A DNA stretch of 64,000 nt from Amoebidium appalachense (taxonomy: Eukaryota > Protista > Ichthyosporea), in the NCBI GenBank assembly GCA_963693365.1, contig CAVNZM010000012.1:4268409-4332408 (forward strand), given 5' to 3'. This document shows, piece by piece, positions 40,033-54,541 of the stretch. Both the position numbers and the translations under genes were made by a program. How positions within the stretch are numbered: the stretch's first letter is position 1; the number at the start of each line of letters is the position of its first letter. Under the pieces are notes generated by a model, which worked only from the letters and a program-made list of their open reading frames with translations, was not told the origin of the DNA and ran no database searches.

Positions 40033-40142
40033 GCACATTTCATTTTTTTCCGGTCATCTGTCATTTCCTTTCCACACACCCGTGCGACCGTGCACATGCG
40101 CTCACACACACACACACACACACGCACACACACGCACGCACA

Positions 40143-40195
<53 letters not shown>

Positions 40196-40299
40196 GCGCA
40201 CACCCACACCCACAACCACCCACCTTGCCCGCCTCCCTCCCCAGCCCCACAACCCTCCCCCCCCCCCCAGCCTTCCCCCCCCCCCCCTCCCCTCAACAC

Positions 40300-40336
<37 letters not shown>

Positions 40337-40752
40337 CACACACACACACACACCTGCACGTTGCCTGGGGACCAGCATGGGTGTGTCCTCGCACATCTTG
40401 ACGTACGTCTTGATCTTCTTGACCGGGCTGACTCCCATCCCAAGCTCCACCTGTTCTTCCGGTGAATCCTCCAGGGGGGCGATGGCATGGGGGACGTCTA
40501 GCATCTCTTCCTTGCGCTCCCTCCTCTTCACTCCCTAAAAAGATAAAAGAAGAATTTTTATACAACCAAGGGGATGGGGTCAGTTTCTGTGTATGTGGGT
40601 GCGTGTGCGTGCAAATCCTTGTACCTAAAGCAAGATGACTCTATAGCCTTAGTCGAAATTTTATGCCCAACACACACTCGAATTCGAACCAATATTACAA
40701 CTGGCCTCAATGTTGTGTTTACCGTATAGGTCCTCTCCTCCCGAGGAGGTTG

Positions 40753-40834
<82 letters not shown>

Positions 40835-41418
40835 TGTAGCATGTAGGCTTTGCAGGTAAAGAGTAAAGAGTCATGGAAGTTGAGACAAATGAAAATAACA
40901 ATCCCAAAAACACGATCCAAATTAGAATAGATGTGAAGGGCATCTTAAACAGAGGAAAGAGAGGGGGAGAGGGGGGGGGGGGGGGGGGGGAGGGGAGGGA
41001 GGGGGGTCCTTTCTTTCCTCCTCCCCCCCCCCCCCCCTTTTTTTTTTTTTTTTTTAATCGTGTGAGCTAGTGCATGGTTTAGGGGGCAGATGGGGGGGAG
41101 GAGGTTTCTATTTCTTTTTCCATCATAAGGAAAGGAGAGGGGTGGGAGGAGAAGGGGGGTGGGGGGGGAAGGGAAGGGGAAGGGGATCGGAAGAAAATGG
41201 TGTGGGCAAAAAAAAAAGGGGGGGGAACACCCACATTTATGTTGCCGCGTGCATGTGGGGACCAGTCATACTCGTAGTCACGCACAAACCCGCAGCGCTT
41301 GAACAGGGTTGTAAACAGGTTGCGGCAGTAGTCGTAGTCAGGGCAGAAATCAAACCGCATGCCACGTACATAGCTGAGGTAGAGCTCAAACTCGTCTGTA
41401 AAAAAAAAAAAAAAAAAA

Positions 41419-41461
<43 letters not shown>

Positions 41462-42069
41462 GAGGGGGGGGGGAGTGTGTGTGGGGGGGGGGGGGGGGGG
41501 GGGGGGTGGGGGGCGGGGAGTGTGTGTGGGGGGGGGGGGGGGGGGGGGAGAGGGAGGGAGGGGGTAAAATGTGTTACGGAGTGAACAGAACACATTCATT
41601 ACGGGCAACACAGCAGATTTCGCAGGGCACTCACATGCAGTGTATCTATCATAAGCGAGCCCATGTGTGTGTGTGTGCGTGTGGGCAAGGGGGGGGGGGG
41701 GGGGGGGATGTTACAGAATAATAAGTACACATTTACGACAGAGATCAATGCAGATCGTACACACATGAAGAGCATGCAAGATGAATAGAGCTCATCTCTC
41801 CGCCGGGGGGACGGGGCAAGGGGACGGGGGGGGGGGGGGGGGGGGGGGGAATAACTTACTTGGTTGGTCCGAGCACAGAGACTTAAGGGGGGTTGCCATC
41901 TTCTTCTCGCTGATGCGTTCATACTTCTGCTTGCGGTTGCTCGCCTTCAGCCCTTGCCAGGGAAGGCTGCCACGAAGGAAATACAAAAGGACGTAGCCTA
42001 AGGATTCGAGGTCGTCTCGTCGGCTTTGCTCTGTGTGTGTGCGTGTGTGTGCGTGTGTGTGGGGGAGCG

Positions 42070-42108
<39 letters not shown>

Positions 42109-44686
42109 GATGTATGTGTTAGAGTGTTGGAAATATGGAGGAGACAACAAAGAGCAACAACAAAGCGTAACAAAAGTGGGAAACCCAGAATCAAACAATT
42201 GAAGCGTGCGCACAGAAGACACTTGAACAGGGGGAGGGGGGGGGGGGGGGGGGGGGGGGAGGATGGGAAGGGGGGAGGGGACGGTAGGGAGGAGGGGGTT
42301 GTGTCGTTATGTGGTGGGTAGTGGTGAGGGGGGTGAGAGCTACGATTTTCTAGTTGCCAATGTTAGGCAGTCACAAATGCTGCAAATTAACCAAAGTAAT
42401 GCAGATTACAGATTAGTCCCGTTAGTTGAAGGAAAGGCGCGGCCGGGGGGGAGGGGGGGGGGGGGGGGGGGAGGGTAGAAACATGCCCTGGAGAGGGCAA
42501 ACGTGATCAGAAAGACGTTTAAGCCCACAAAAATGAATAAACGCCCCAAACAGTTGTGCTGCCATTCAACACACACACAGTGTCAATACCGGGGTGGGGT
42601 GGGGGGAGGGGGGGTAGGGGGGGAGCGGGGACAAGCCTCCACACAAGAATCGGTTTGAACTATGACCTCTCACCAATGTTTCACCCTATGACAAGTGTTA
42701 CTAACACACAACAATTGAAACCGTGTGTGTGTGTATGTGTGTGCGTGTGCGTGTGCATGCGTGTGTGTGTGCGCATGTGAATGCCCTTGTGCGTGTGTGT
42801 GCACGTGTGTGTATGCATGTGTGCTTATATATACATATATTCAGGTACACCCACCTATCCCTCTGTGCGTGTTGATGCTCGCGTAGCGCGCGGTGCCCAC
42901 CAGACTCTTATTCTCCCTGTATTGAATATGTTGCTGGGTTGCCGAATCGCGATATCTCTTGCTCAGGCCGAAATCGATCATGTGCACAATGTGCTTGTCG
43001 TTCCCGCATTGCCGGCCCATGAGAAAGTTGTCCGGTTTGATGTCTCGGTGCAGGTAGTTGTGATCGTGGATGTACTCCACCCGGGAGATCTGAAGGTTTA
43101 AAAAAAAAAAAAAAAAAAAAAGAATCATTGGTGTCAGCTTGTGACGTTTGCGCGTTCGATTTGGAAACTTTTGGGGGATCGGAATCGAAAAGAACGTATT
43201 TGGTATTTCAGAGTAACGGGCTTGTGATTATCGCAGAAGGCCGTTCGTGATGATTTAAACAACTTTTTAATATGTTAGCGTTATTATATAGTAAAAGGCG
43301 TGTTACTGAGTGTCACAAATTCCGAGAGCAAGGGGGAGGAGAGGCAGCAAAGGCTACATAGCTATTATTAGCCATAACATAAAAGGGAAAAAAACGGAAG
43401 GAACACGTGTATACAGAGTACGAGGGCCACAATGTGTGTGTGTCTATGCATGTGTGGAGGGGAACCTTTGGGGGAGGAAGCGCTGGAGGGGAAGGGGGGG
43501 AGGGAGGATTTCACGGCATATTGGGGAAATGGAGGGGAGGGGGGGCCGGGGAGGGGGGGGGGGGGGGGGGGGAAGGGGGGGCCGGAGGGGGGGGGGGGGG
43601 GTTTGGGTATATATGATAATAGGTACGTACCATCTGGTCGGCCAGTAGCAGGACGGTCTTGAGTGTGAACTGAGCATTGCACGACTGAAACAGCTCCTCC
43701 AGGCTGGGCCCAAGCAGATCCATCACCATCAGATTGTACTCTCCCTCGGTGCCGCTCCACTGTACACACGGTATCCCGCCTGCAAAATGATGTTGTATTT
43801 GGGGTCAGAGAGAGCAAAGTGAAGAGAGGCAAAAGGCGGTTTACATTTGGACGCGATATTGGGGAGAGGAAGGGCGCCGGGGGGGGGGGGGGGGGGGGTT
43901 GCCTTTGAAGGTGGCAACTATTAAAGGAAAGACATTGAAAAAACACGAAGTCGAAACGCAAAAGAAGCACAGAGAGCTATATACATCATCCTTCTGCTCG
44001 ATATTAAAATGTACCCCCCCCCCCCCCCAAAAAAAAAAAAAATAAATAAAGAAAGAAAGAAAGAAAACGGCGTGCGCACGCAAAAAGACAAACGTTCCTG
44101 ATGCAACGATATGAACAATGGCGGTGTTGGCAGTCGAAATTGCAAAAAGGGTGCTGGTGGGTGGGGGGGAAAGAGGGGTGGCTTGTAAAGAGGCTGAGTG
44201 CCTGCTCGCAGCCCCTTGTGTTTCGCGTGTGCATCGAAGGTGAGCACGCACATGGTGTGGGTGGTAGGTGGGTGGTGTGCGGTCATGCCTGCGTATGTGC
44301 CTGCGTGCCCATGCGTGTGCCCGTGCATGTGTGTGCATGCCCTTGTGCAAAGGAGCACCGGCCACGGTGTGTGTGTATGTAGTGCACTGTGTGTGTACAT
44401 GTAGGTCGGCACTGCATGGATGTATGTGTGCGTGTGTGTGTCCATGTGTGCATGTACGTACTTCTGTTGCATGTGTGACAAAAACCTTTAATGCCCAGGA
44501 AAGATAGGAAAGAGGGCACCTACAAGCATCACAGGAACACAGGCCAAAGTTCAGTGAAAAATAGTAGATCCTAAGGCTGCAATAAAGTACACAATACAGA
44601 ACACGAGGAGCAGAAACAACCCATTTAACACAACACAAACGAACACATCCAACAAACATAACAAACAGGCCGTCCCACCAAAGAGC

Positions 44687-44723
<37 letters not shown>

Positions 44724-45932
44724 CGATCACGAAACTTCAAGTGAGCCATGCATATGCAACACATGAAAAAACTCCAAATAGACCACAAACCATACCATAC
44801 ACCAAAACCCCACAAGCAAAACCAACACAAATCTTCACATGCGAAATGCAACATGACATTCACGTGGAAACACTCACAGCCTTTTTTGTCGCCCACCAGT
44901 GCGCGGCAGACCTTTGCCTCATAGAGCAGCTGCGGGTGCTGGCTGTTCTTCGGCTCCACCTTAATTGCAACATCACATCCTGTCTGTACATCATACCCTG
45001 TGGCAAAAATAGAACGGGTAGAGGAGGGTGTAGGGGAAGAAGGCAAGGGAGGAGACGGCCAGGTGGTGGGCCGGGGTTGTGGAAAGAAGGGGGGGAGGGG
45101 GGGGGGAGGGGGGGGGGGGGGGAGGGGGGGGGGAGGGGGGAGGCGGAGAAGGATGGAAACATGCACGTTAGAACATGAAATTAAGAAAGTGAAATGCAAT
45201 TAGCATACGGCCAGAAGCGACATATGAAATGGAGGCGTGAGCTGTTATGCAGGTTAGCATAGGAGACAGATGATAAAAAATATGAAAAGACCGCATACGG
45301 CAAGCCAATTTCAGATTCTTCCGGGTAGGCAAACCGTTCAGTCAGTTGAATCAATGTAGCAGCTACACCATCCCACAATACCAAAGGGTCGAAACTTAAA
45401 GCCAAAACGGCCGCAGCCAGCAAGCTGCCAAACGGTGTCCGCATAATAGAAAATTGCCTTTCGGCCTCTGCAAAATATAGGAACTGTTAACAACGCACAG
45501 GAACAACCAAGGATGGGAGAGAACACATGTACGGCTACAGGTACTAGTAGAAAAACACCACTTCAACTTACAGGAAAGCGTTCCAAATTTTTGTGAGAGG
45601 GCCAAACCCAGTTCTCTTAGCAAACCCCATTTTGAGAGAGCTGGTTCCGCCTTTTAGCCGATGAAGAACCTGAAAGCCGCTAGCAACTAAGAACCATTCT
45701 TCTCCTGTGTGGACTTGAAGACGATGAGGTTGCTTCAGCACATGAAAGTTCCCCTAACAATTTCTTTAATGCACAAGCACAAATGCGCCTAGAGCAAGTG
45801 AAAGAAACCGGGGGCGGGTCTCTTACCAATATGTATGTCTCCAAAAGAACCTGCACCAATTTTCGAGGCTACACGGTACCTCTTATTGCCTATCAGTTGG
45901 TCAACCACGCCGGCCGATTTACCGTTTGTCAT
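39463..45932 (-). CDS. CSNK1: Casein kinase 1 family Ser/Thr kinase, 8 coding exons
   Basis: Exons (minus): 45932-45827, 44997-44878, 43779-43631, 43089-42855, 42030-41860, 41395-41235 (donor slightly uncertain), 40534-40354, 39584-39463. Motifs [66 protein letters not shown] and GSLPWQGL are all intact. Confidence 0.95.
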
Positions 45933-46313
45933 TTTGGCAGTTGTCTTTCAATTTGATGAAGTCGCGTGCCATACGTGTGTAGCTGTACCTATCAACTGCT
46001 TGGCTTGAGCTGTAGCACGATTTTTGACACGGTGTAGGTCGAACAGAACACAAACCGTGTAGATAGTCCGACCCACAGCGGTTTGGTATTAGGACAGAAG
46101 GGGTTTTTGTATCAAACCCTGTCACTTAACAGGCAATTTTGTGGCTGCTTATGTAATATGCCCACAGTTTCAATCCGACCGCTCACAGGTGTGAATTTAT
46201 GTCGTTGTTCTTGCATCCACCGGAGATGTGAATTCTGCAAGAACCCAGCAAGGTCTCTGAAAAGACCACAGACCTTGTCACCTTCTCCGCCGGGACAACC
46301 ACACTCTGATGCT

Positions 46314-46765
46314 CTGAAAGGAACCCAAAGATTGATTTATGATTTAATAAAAAAAAGGGGGGAAAGCAGTTTTAAAGGAGAAAAATTACTTACGTACGTA
46401 TACGCAAACTCAGATTTTTAAGTGAAGGCGACGCGGAGATGGTACATGTCAACTTGCAGACATCAACTGTGTTGTGCTAAAGTAGACGATGCTGGAGGAC
46501 CATCAAAAACCCACACTGGGTTTCTACTACTGCTATTCTCTCCCCTGTGTATTCTTTTTGGCACCTATACAACACCGATATCTCGCCAAGGTGCATCAGA
46601 AAGAAAGGGAAACACACCGAAAAAAGAAAAAAGAAATAAAAGCTTGCACCTTTTGAAAGGGCGAGCCACCCTGACTCGTTCCATCGAAGTGCTAGTGTGA
46701 CGCAACATTACTGGGCTTGCCCGGGAAGCCTATATATTCCTTGGAGGCGTGATTTGATTGGATAA
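46314..46765 (-). promoter_or_regulatory. Putative CK1 promoter (TATA ~46731-46737, CCAAT ~46757) and 5'-UTR intron 46393-46314
   Basis: Minus strand reads CCAATCAAATC...GGAATATATAGGC. Downstream is an 80-nt GTAAGT...CTTTCAG segment. Confidence 0.4.
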
Positions 46766-47708
46766 CATCGAACTGAGAGCGCGGCAGAGCGCGGCAAATA
46801 ACGGACGGAGAATGGACTTTTTTGGCAGAGCGGGCTGCCGCGACTGTGCGCATGCTGGCCGCGGAAAGGTGAAACGTTTTTTTATTTCTGTGACCGTATT
46901 TGCCTCCTATTCACCGGCACCTGGTTTTGACAATGTGTGTGCGCGCGCGCGCGTGTGTGTGTGTGTGCCACGGTTTGTGTAACACTGCGTGCGTGCGCGT
47001 GTGTGCGTGTGTGTCATGCGTGTGTGTGACTGGCAGCCTGTGTGTATATGTGTAAGTGTGTGCACGTGCCGTGTTATGGGGTGGGGGTGGGGAGTCACCG
47101 TTGGGGCCAGAGGAATCGTGAGGGGATCGGGAGGGGCCCGGGGAGTATGTGTATGTGTGTGACACTGTGTGTGTGTGTGTTGTGGGGGGGGGGGGGGGGG
47201 GGGGGGGGGGGAAGGAGGCATCACGCCACGGTGTGTGGCGGTGTTGAACCGTGTGTATGAATGTTCAGTGGGGGGGGGGGGGAGGGGGGGAGGGAGGGGG
47301 GGGGGGAGATTTTGTTGTTCATTAACTAGCTGGGCTCGTGTTTGTGCCTGGGTGTGCCGCGGTGTACGTGCGTGCTTGCGTGCGTGTCACACGGTGTTCG
47401 TGCGCATGTATTTCAAGGTGTGAGTGCATGTGTTTGCGCATGTAGCGATTGTGCCAGGGTGACCGGGTGTCCAAATCACGGGGGGGGAGGGGAATTGGAT
47501 GCATAATACGTACTTTTCTTTTTTCTATTGGCAAGAGAGGGGCGAGGGGGGGGGGTCTGGTGTTGCACGTCCAGTGTTATACTGCTGTGTGTACATGTGT
47601 GTGCGTGCATGCATGCGTGCGACGTGGGTGACTCGATAATGCGCTTGTGCATGACACTGTATGCGTGTGTGCGCGATGTGTGTGTGTGTGTGTGTGTGTA
47701 TGTGTGTG

Positions 47709-47756
<48 letters not shown>

Positions 47757-49322
47757 TGTGAGCGCGCGCGCGCGCGCGCGCGGGTGTGTTGTTTGGAATG
47801 AAAATGGTATTGGGTGTTTTTTTTTGGAGAGGGGGAAGAGAGGAGGGGAGAAAGCTGTTTGTGGGGGGGGGGGGACAGGTTAATAGACACAGCTACGCAA
47901 TTTGCATTTAGCTAAGAGGCTCCATATAACGCATGGATGGAATACAAGTTGAAAAGCTGGACTCAAATAACGTGATTCCTAGCAACTCGCCCTGTTCAAT
48001 ACATGTGGACAGTTCTGGCATTACCTAGCCCGAGGAAAATTCGAGGAAAATTCTGTGTGCCGGTGACAGCCGGTGCGCATTTGTATATTTGCACGGCATG
48101 CATGTGCATGTGCCAAAATGTCACCACGTTGTGAAACTGCACATCGTACAAGACATTCATTGTGTTGTCCGTGGTGAGTCTTTGGTGCACCAACACCATC
48201 ACCCCCCAATCTCTGCCCCCCCCCCCCCCCCCCCCCCCCACCTTTTCATCCATCTTCTGTAGGAATGGATGGGGGGGGGGGGGGGGGGGGGGGGGGGGGA
48301 AGGGGGGGAAAAAAAAAAGGGAAAGGCACTGCTGAGATGCATGTGCATGTACCAAATGTCACCACGTTGTGAAATTGCACATACACGTAATGGGTGCTAT
48401 TAAATGTGTGGATCATGTTGTGTGAATGATTGAGTGTGTATGTGTGTGTGTCAAGGTGTGTGCCAGTTGTTTGTTTGAGCGCGCGCGCAGGTCACTGGGT
48501 GTCTTTGGGTGGTTGTGCCCGTGCGTGCGTGTGCGCTATGTCGTAGACAAATTCAACAAATTTATAGCCCGAGTCAGTGCTATTATTACTGCACATCCCT
48601 TTCCACCTCACCTTCCCCCCTCCCCCCCCCCTCCCCCCCCCCCCCCCCCCCTCCCCCCTCCCCCCCCTGCCCCCCGCCCCTCAACCACCTACCCACCCCA
48701 CCCCCTCCCCAACTGGCGGGGGGAGCGATTAGTCGGAACTCATATCTTGTTCGGGATGCTCCAGCCTCAGAACTTGGCTTTACAGCCCCCCAATCTAAAT
48801 TATTCGACCCCCACTCCCCCTCCCTTCCCCCCTCCCCCGTGTCCCCTTCCCTCTCCCCCCCGACACACCCCCCCCCCCCCCCCGCTCCACCCTCTCCTCC
48901 CTCCCCCCCCCCCCCCACACACACACACACACACACGCCCCGTTTTTTTATCGGTGCCAGAAGGGGGAGGGGCGACTGCAAAGAGTGGGGGTTGGGCGTG
49001 ATGAGTGGGGGGATGGGGGTGGGGAGGAGGAGGGGGCCAGGGGGTCACAGAGGTGGCTCCCCCCGGGGAAGGAGGGGGGGGGGGGGGGGGGAGGAGGAGG
49101 GGAGGATTGGGGGGGAGGGATAACATACAGAACTTTTGATGACTACCCGGTGTGGCATTAAAGTTCTGTTAGTATACTCACATCAGGCCCCCCCGCCGGC
49201 GAAGCTGGGGTGTAAACGCTGGGCTAAGTGTGTACACACATACCAGCAGTTAGGTTTGGTAACGGCCCGCGGGGTGTGTTAGCTCAGCTGATTGCACCTT
49301 TAGCACCCAAACAAGGGTACTA

Positions 49323-49535
49323 CAGTCAGCGACATGAAGGCAGACCCAATCACAAAGCCTAATTCGGCCCTCCGTGCGTGATCTTCATCCAATCGAACAG
49401 GATTGAATCTATGGAATTCGACGCTCATTGGCTGTGGAAAAAAGCAGAGGGTACTGCACTGATAATGGTCAAATCAAACCGCCTAATTTTTGTTTACATA
49501 GGTTGTGATTGGGTCTGCCTTCATGTCGCTGACTG
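49323..49535. mobile_element. Tc1/mariner-type MITE, 213 bp
   Basis: Perfect 33-bp TIRs CAGTCAGCGACATGAAGGCAGACCCAATCACAA (49323-49355 / 49503-49535), flanked by TA on both sides. Confidence 0.9.
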
Positions 49536-49576
49536 TAGTGCTGTTGGTGCTGTGTGGAAGACGGCAGCTCCTATAA

Positions 49577-49607
<31 letters not shown>

Positions 49608-51478
49608 GGACCCGGTCCCTCCGGAAACAAAACGTTTAAAATCAATAAAAAAGACTCGGATTAGGTAGTGTGTTTGCAGCAGCTGCAGCTTTGATGTGCC
49701 GTATGACATGTCTGCTGCATACATAGTTAGGTGTGCCGGGGCACATTTGTGAGAGTCCATGCTCAGCTTTTCTGTGCCTGCTTATACATATGTGCACTGT
49801 CATGGCGTCTGTGTGGGTGTGGGTGTGTATGCAATGCTGTGTGTGTAAGTGTGTGTAGGTGCATGATGATTGTGTCTGACAGTGTGTCAGTCCTGTGTGA
49901 CATTCGTGTCATGAACTTTGCACCTGAACTTGCCCCCAGCGGGGGGGGGGGGGCGGCGGGGGGGGATGTATGCGTTGGAGGGTTGGAAATATGGAGGAGG
50001 CACCAGAGGGCAACAACTAAACCATCTAATTGTGCAGGCAGAAGACACTTGAACAGAGCCCTAAAGACGAGCGGGGTTGTTCTAGGAGCAGCAATCTAAG
50101 AACACAGAGCCTACAAAACATGCAAGCAAACGAAAAGCTAACAAAAAAAACAAGAAGAGGAGTAGAGCATAAGCCGGGCTTCTACAAAGCTCCCCGACTC
50201 CCTAACCTATATATATAGAGAAGGGGAGGGAGAGGAAGATGGGGGAAGGGGGGGGGGGGGGGGGGGGGGGGGGGGTTGAGGAAAATTGGGAACCATGATA
50301 TGGGACATGATAGGCTCGTCACACCGGCGCTGCAGATAGCAAGAGAGACTCTGAGGGGAGGGGGGAGGGGGGAACTGGGGGGAGGGGGGAGGGGAGGGGG
50401 GGGGGGGGGGGGGGGATTGAGGCGGAAGTAGGGGTGGAGGTGGAAGGGGAAGGGGGGGGGGGGGGGGGGGGGGGGGGTGTAAATACGGAATCATATGACA
50501 TAACGTTTTGTGCCGTGTGTATATTCTTCCTGGTAACCCCACTGTCGACGTTTCAAGGAATTCCAAACAGCCGCTTGCCAGTTGCATTGTGTTTGTTGAA
50601 TATTGACAAGGGCGATGTAGAAAGTGTCTACTTACTGACTCAGTTTACACAGTCGGGATTAGAGTACAACTGTGAAGAAGCAAGTCTTTTGCTCATGACA
50701 GGCATGAGGAATGAGCCTACCGACAAAACACTAGTCTGCGGGCCGGGCCAATTTGATAGCTACTTCGAAGATCTTGCATTCAAAGCAGTGAAAAGCTCGT
50801 AATTTAAAATCACCAAAGTTATCAGTGATACACCGTTTGAAACCTCTAACAGTCATTGGTTTTAGACCATGTGTGAACTTTAGGCCTAGGCCTAGGCCTT
50901 AGTTATGTGTGTGGATCAGTCAGCACAACACTTGTTAGGCTCCAACAACAAGGAACGAACGAGGGTTCCTCGGCTCTAAGAAAACGGAGGTCTGAAAGTG
51001 TCGATCGAGCATCATTGCTTCACAGTCTTGAAGTTATCATGCATGTTGCTGTGCGGGGATGTTAATTATTTTGAAATCCAGACGACTTGCTACTACGTAT
51101 ACGATCCGTTTTCAGCCGAGAATCTTTTCTCGAGGTGACCATGTGAGCCAAGGAGGTTCTAAAATCTCTGGACCGCACCACGTGGGTATCAACGTTAAAT
51201 AACAGTCGTAACTTTGCGACTGTGGCCAGCTCAGACGGTCACCACACTCAAGGCTGCATATGTTTGATGATGGATTTTGGGTTTATTAGGAATACGAGGT
51301 GAGGAAATCACAGATCTCCCCGTGACTGTGTTGTCTGCTAGTGCAGGGTTACATTCGTTTCGGAACTCACGTATACTGAGTGACAGATGGCATTGTTGTT
51401 TTCCAGAGGGTGCTGGACGATTTTACGCGCATGAGTAAGCTTGGGATGGTAGGAGCTCTTTGCAGACACAGCGAAGTT

Positions 51479-51900
51479 TTACTTCTTGCCCTTCTTGCCA
51501 CCCTTCTCCTTCTCGGCCTTCTTGCCCTTCTCGGCAGCGGGAGCAGGGGCCTCGGCAGCCTGTAAAAGGAGAGATGTGTGAGTGGTCAAGGAAATGATGA
51601 ATACATAGGTAAATGCTACAATAGGTCACGACAACATGTGCCAACATGAGAGAACAATTGTGCCTTCAACTGTCGTGTCTACTGATCCAACGAAAGAGTT
51701 CGAAAGCAAGGTGTCGGTGTGCCATTTCCAAACTTGACAGGTCTCCATAAAACGAAAATGGCTCCCATGGCAGCCAAGTTGAAGGTTTGAAAGTGGAAGA
51801 CCTAAAGGCAAATCAGACGACGACGCACCTTGGCAGGGGGAGCCCCCTCGGCCTTGGCGGGGGCAGCAGCAGCACCCTTCTTTCCGTGGTCACGACCCAT
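51479..51900 (-). CDS. Small Lys/Ala/Gly-rich protein, 50 aa, two exons
   Basis: Exons 51900-51829 and 51559-51479 (GTGCGT...TTTTACAG) encode MGRDHGKKGAAAAPAKAEGAPPAKAAEAPAPAAEKGKKAEKEKGGKKGKK*. TATAAAAA at 51977-51970, AAAATGG start context, AATAAA at ~51285, and all Lys codons are AAG. Confidence 0.8.
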
Positions 51901-53102
51901 TTTGTTGTGTTCAGAAACTTTCAAGAGAAGAGAGTAAGAAATTCTGAGCTTCGAGAGGCACTGGACGCCTTTTTATACCCTCCTTCTACTTGCCAAATAT
52001 GGAAGGAGCAAAAATGATAAGTTCCGGAAACCAGTGCTTGCGCCAGCTCAACTTCGGGCCAATCAAACCATGGCACCTGACCTTCGTTGAGTGACTCTGA
52101 GACTCGGCGAGTCGACGATTGCGCCCTAAATAGCTCCAGAATGTGCAGCAAGTTATCATTGAAATACAGGTCTGTATTATTAATCTATTTATCCCAGCTA
52201 TCATTTTACTTGTAGTTTTGTATGAGCATTATCCGCTTGCCATTCATCAACCGTTGACTCCCGGGCAGATGGCTGGATATCTGCTCAGTGCATGCTCATC
52301 TGCACACTCAGCCTGACTCAGGCTGTTTGCGTCAACATTGCGGGAGAGCAGTGCAAAAGATGGGGAATATGAGCATGGATGGTGTATTCAAGGTTGATTC
52401 AATAAATGTAAAGCGAGTTTGTATAGATGTTTTCTACTATACAGGTTTAATCCTTAATATAAATTTATACATATTCTTTGCTTTAGATAGCCGCAGTGTG
52501 CATTCCCAAATCACTAAATAAGGTCACTTTAAGTTTATCAATCACCTCGCTTTCCTACAAGTACATCGCTCAAGAAGTGGTGCCGAGAAGGCCAACCATC
52601 AGGCGGCTCATCAATCTATTTTAATTGCTCCAATCGTCTTCCTCATGAGCCAAATACCACGATGGAGCAGCATTGGATTGGCTGTTCGGGTACGTCAAAT
52701 GTACTATCCAATCAGGTTGTCCTCGACCGTTGTGAGATTGTCTGACTGCCACTGGCAGCTCGACACCCGCCGTAGCGCAAAGTTGATAGTTTAGCTATTA
52801 TAGGTTTACCTTACCTTAGGATCAACCTACCTTAGGTTTTTTTCCTTCCTCCGAGACTTGAAAAGATATTTCCACACCATAATTTCATCTGTAAAGGTTC
52901 AACTCTTTTATATATTGTGACAAGCAAATATCACTATGGGCCGGCCGACCTGCAGGGAAAGCTGATATGCGAATTCGAATCCCCTCCCCCCCCCCCCCCC
53001 CCCCCTCCCCCCTCCCCCCGGGGGGGCCTCGGCCCCTCCCCCTACTGATCACACACATGCATATGTGCACACACGCACACACACATACAGACAGACAAAC
53101 AG

Positions 53103-53204
<102 letters not shown>

Positions 53205-53654
53205 ACACACACACACAGACACAAACACGCAAACTTTTGACAAAGGCTTTACATTTCATAGTGTACATTTTCCCACCCCCACCTCTACCCTGCCCTCGCC
53301 CCAACCGGTGTCCCTACTTAGCCAGCCCCCGTGGGCCTTCAACTGGGTCTTAATAAGTTCCATTTCCTGGATTCCGGACAAAAATCATATTACAGCGTAC
53401 ACGTACGCGTGTCTATATTAGCTCCGAAATGTCACGCACGAGTCATATTGTAATAACTAACTAATGACTATTATTATGCACGTTGCTGGCCCTATGCGTG
53501 GATCCTCTCCGCCGTGCCACACATGATAATAAGAAAGGTTAGAAGGTTAGAAAATCTCTCGATTTTAGTTTGTCCCCTCCTCCCCCTCCCTCCCCTTCCC
53601 TCCCTTCCCCTCGACCTCTCCCTCCCTTCCTCCCTCCCTCCCTCCCTCCCCTTC

Positions 53655-53688
<34 letters not shown>

Positions 53689-53889
53689 CCCCCCCCCCCC
53701 CCCCTCCCTCTCTCTCTTTCCCTGTATCTCTCTTCTCCCCCCCCCCCCTCACCCTCTCTCTCTCCCCCCCCCCCCCTCCCTCTCACTCCCTTTCTCACTC
53801 TGCCCTGCCCCCCCCCCCCCTCTCTCTCTTTCCCCCCTCCCCCCCCGCCCCTCTCTTTTCTCCATTTCCCCCCCCCCCCACCCCCTCTA

Positions 53890-54002
<113 letters not shown>

Positions 54003-54003
54003 T

Positions 54004-54080
<77 letters not shown>

Positions 54081-54084
54081 CCCC

Positions 54085-54123
<39 letters not shown>

Positions 54124-54489
54124 CCCCCCCCCCCCCCCCTCTCTCTCTCTTTCTCTCTCTCTCCCCACCCCCCTTGCGTCCTTTCCCCCCCTTCCCCCTC
54201 CCCCCCCTTCCCCCCCCCCCCCCCTCTCCCCTCCCTGGGGTTTGGATTCTATCCTAAGGCTCTCCCTGTCTCGGATGGATGCGACAAGGAGTGAGCTCTC
54301 TCCCCATAGTTTTTTATATCGACAGGAGATTTTCCTTTTCCCCGTAAGATTCTGTCTTTCTAGAAAAGTTTGTTTGACCTCTTACAGGCTCTTTCGTCCT
54401 GCTATTCTCTCTTTCTCACACACCCACGTCACACCCACACCCACACGCACACACACACACACACGCAAACACTTACCCACACATCGTGT

Positions 54490-54541
<52 letters not shown>

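Noticed and set aside
50434-50802. 122-aa plus-strand ORF with a complex C-terminal half
   Set aside because: No recognisable domain, credible start or linked exons.
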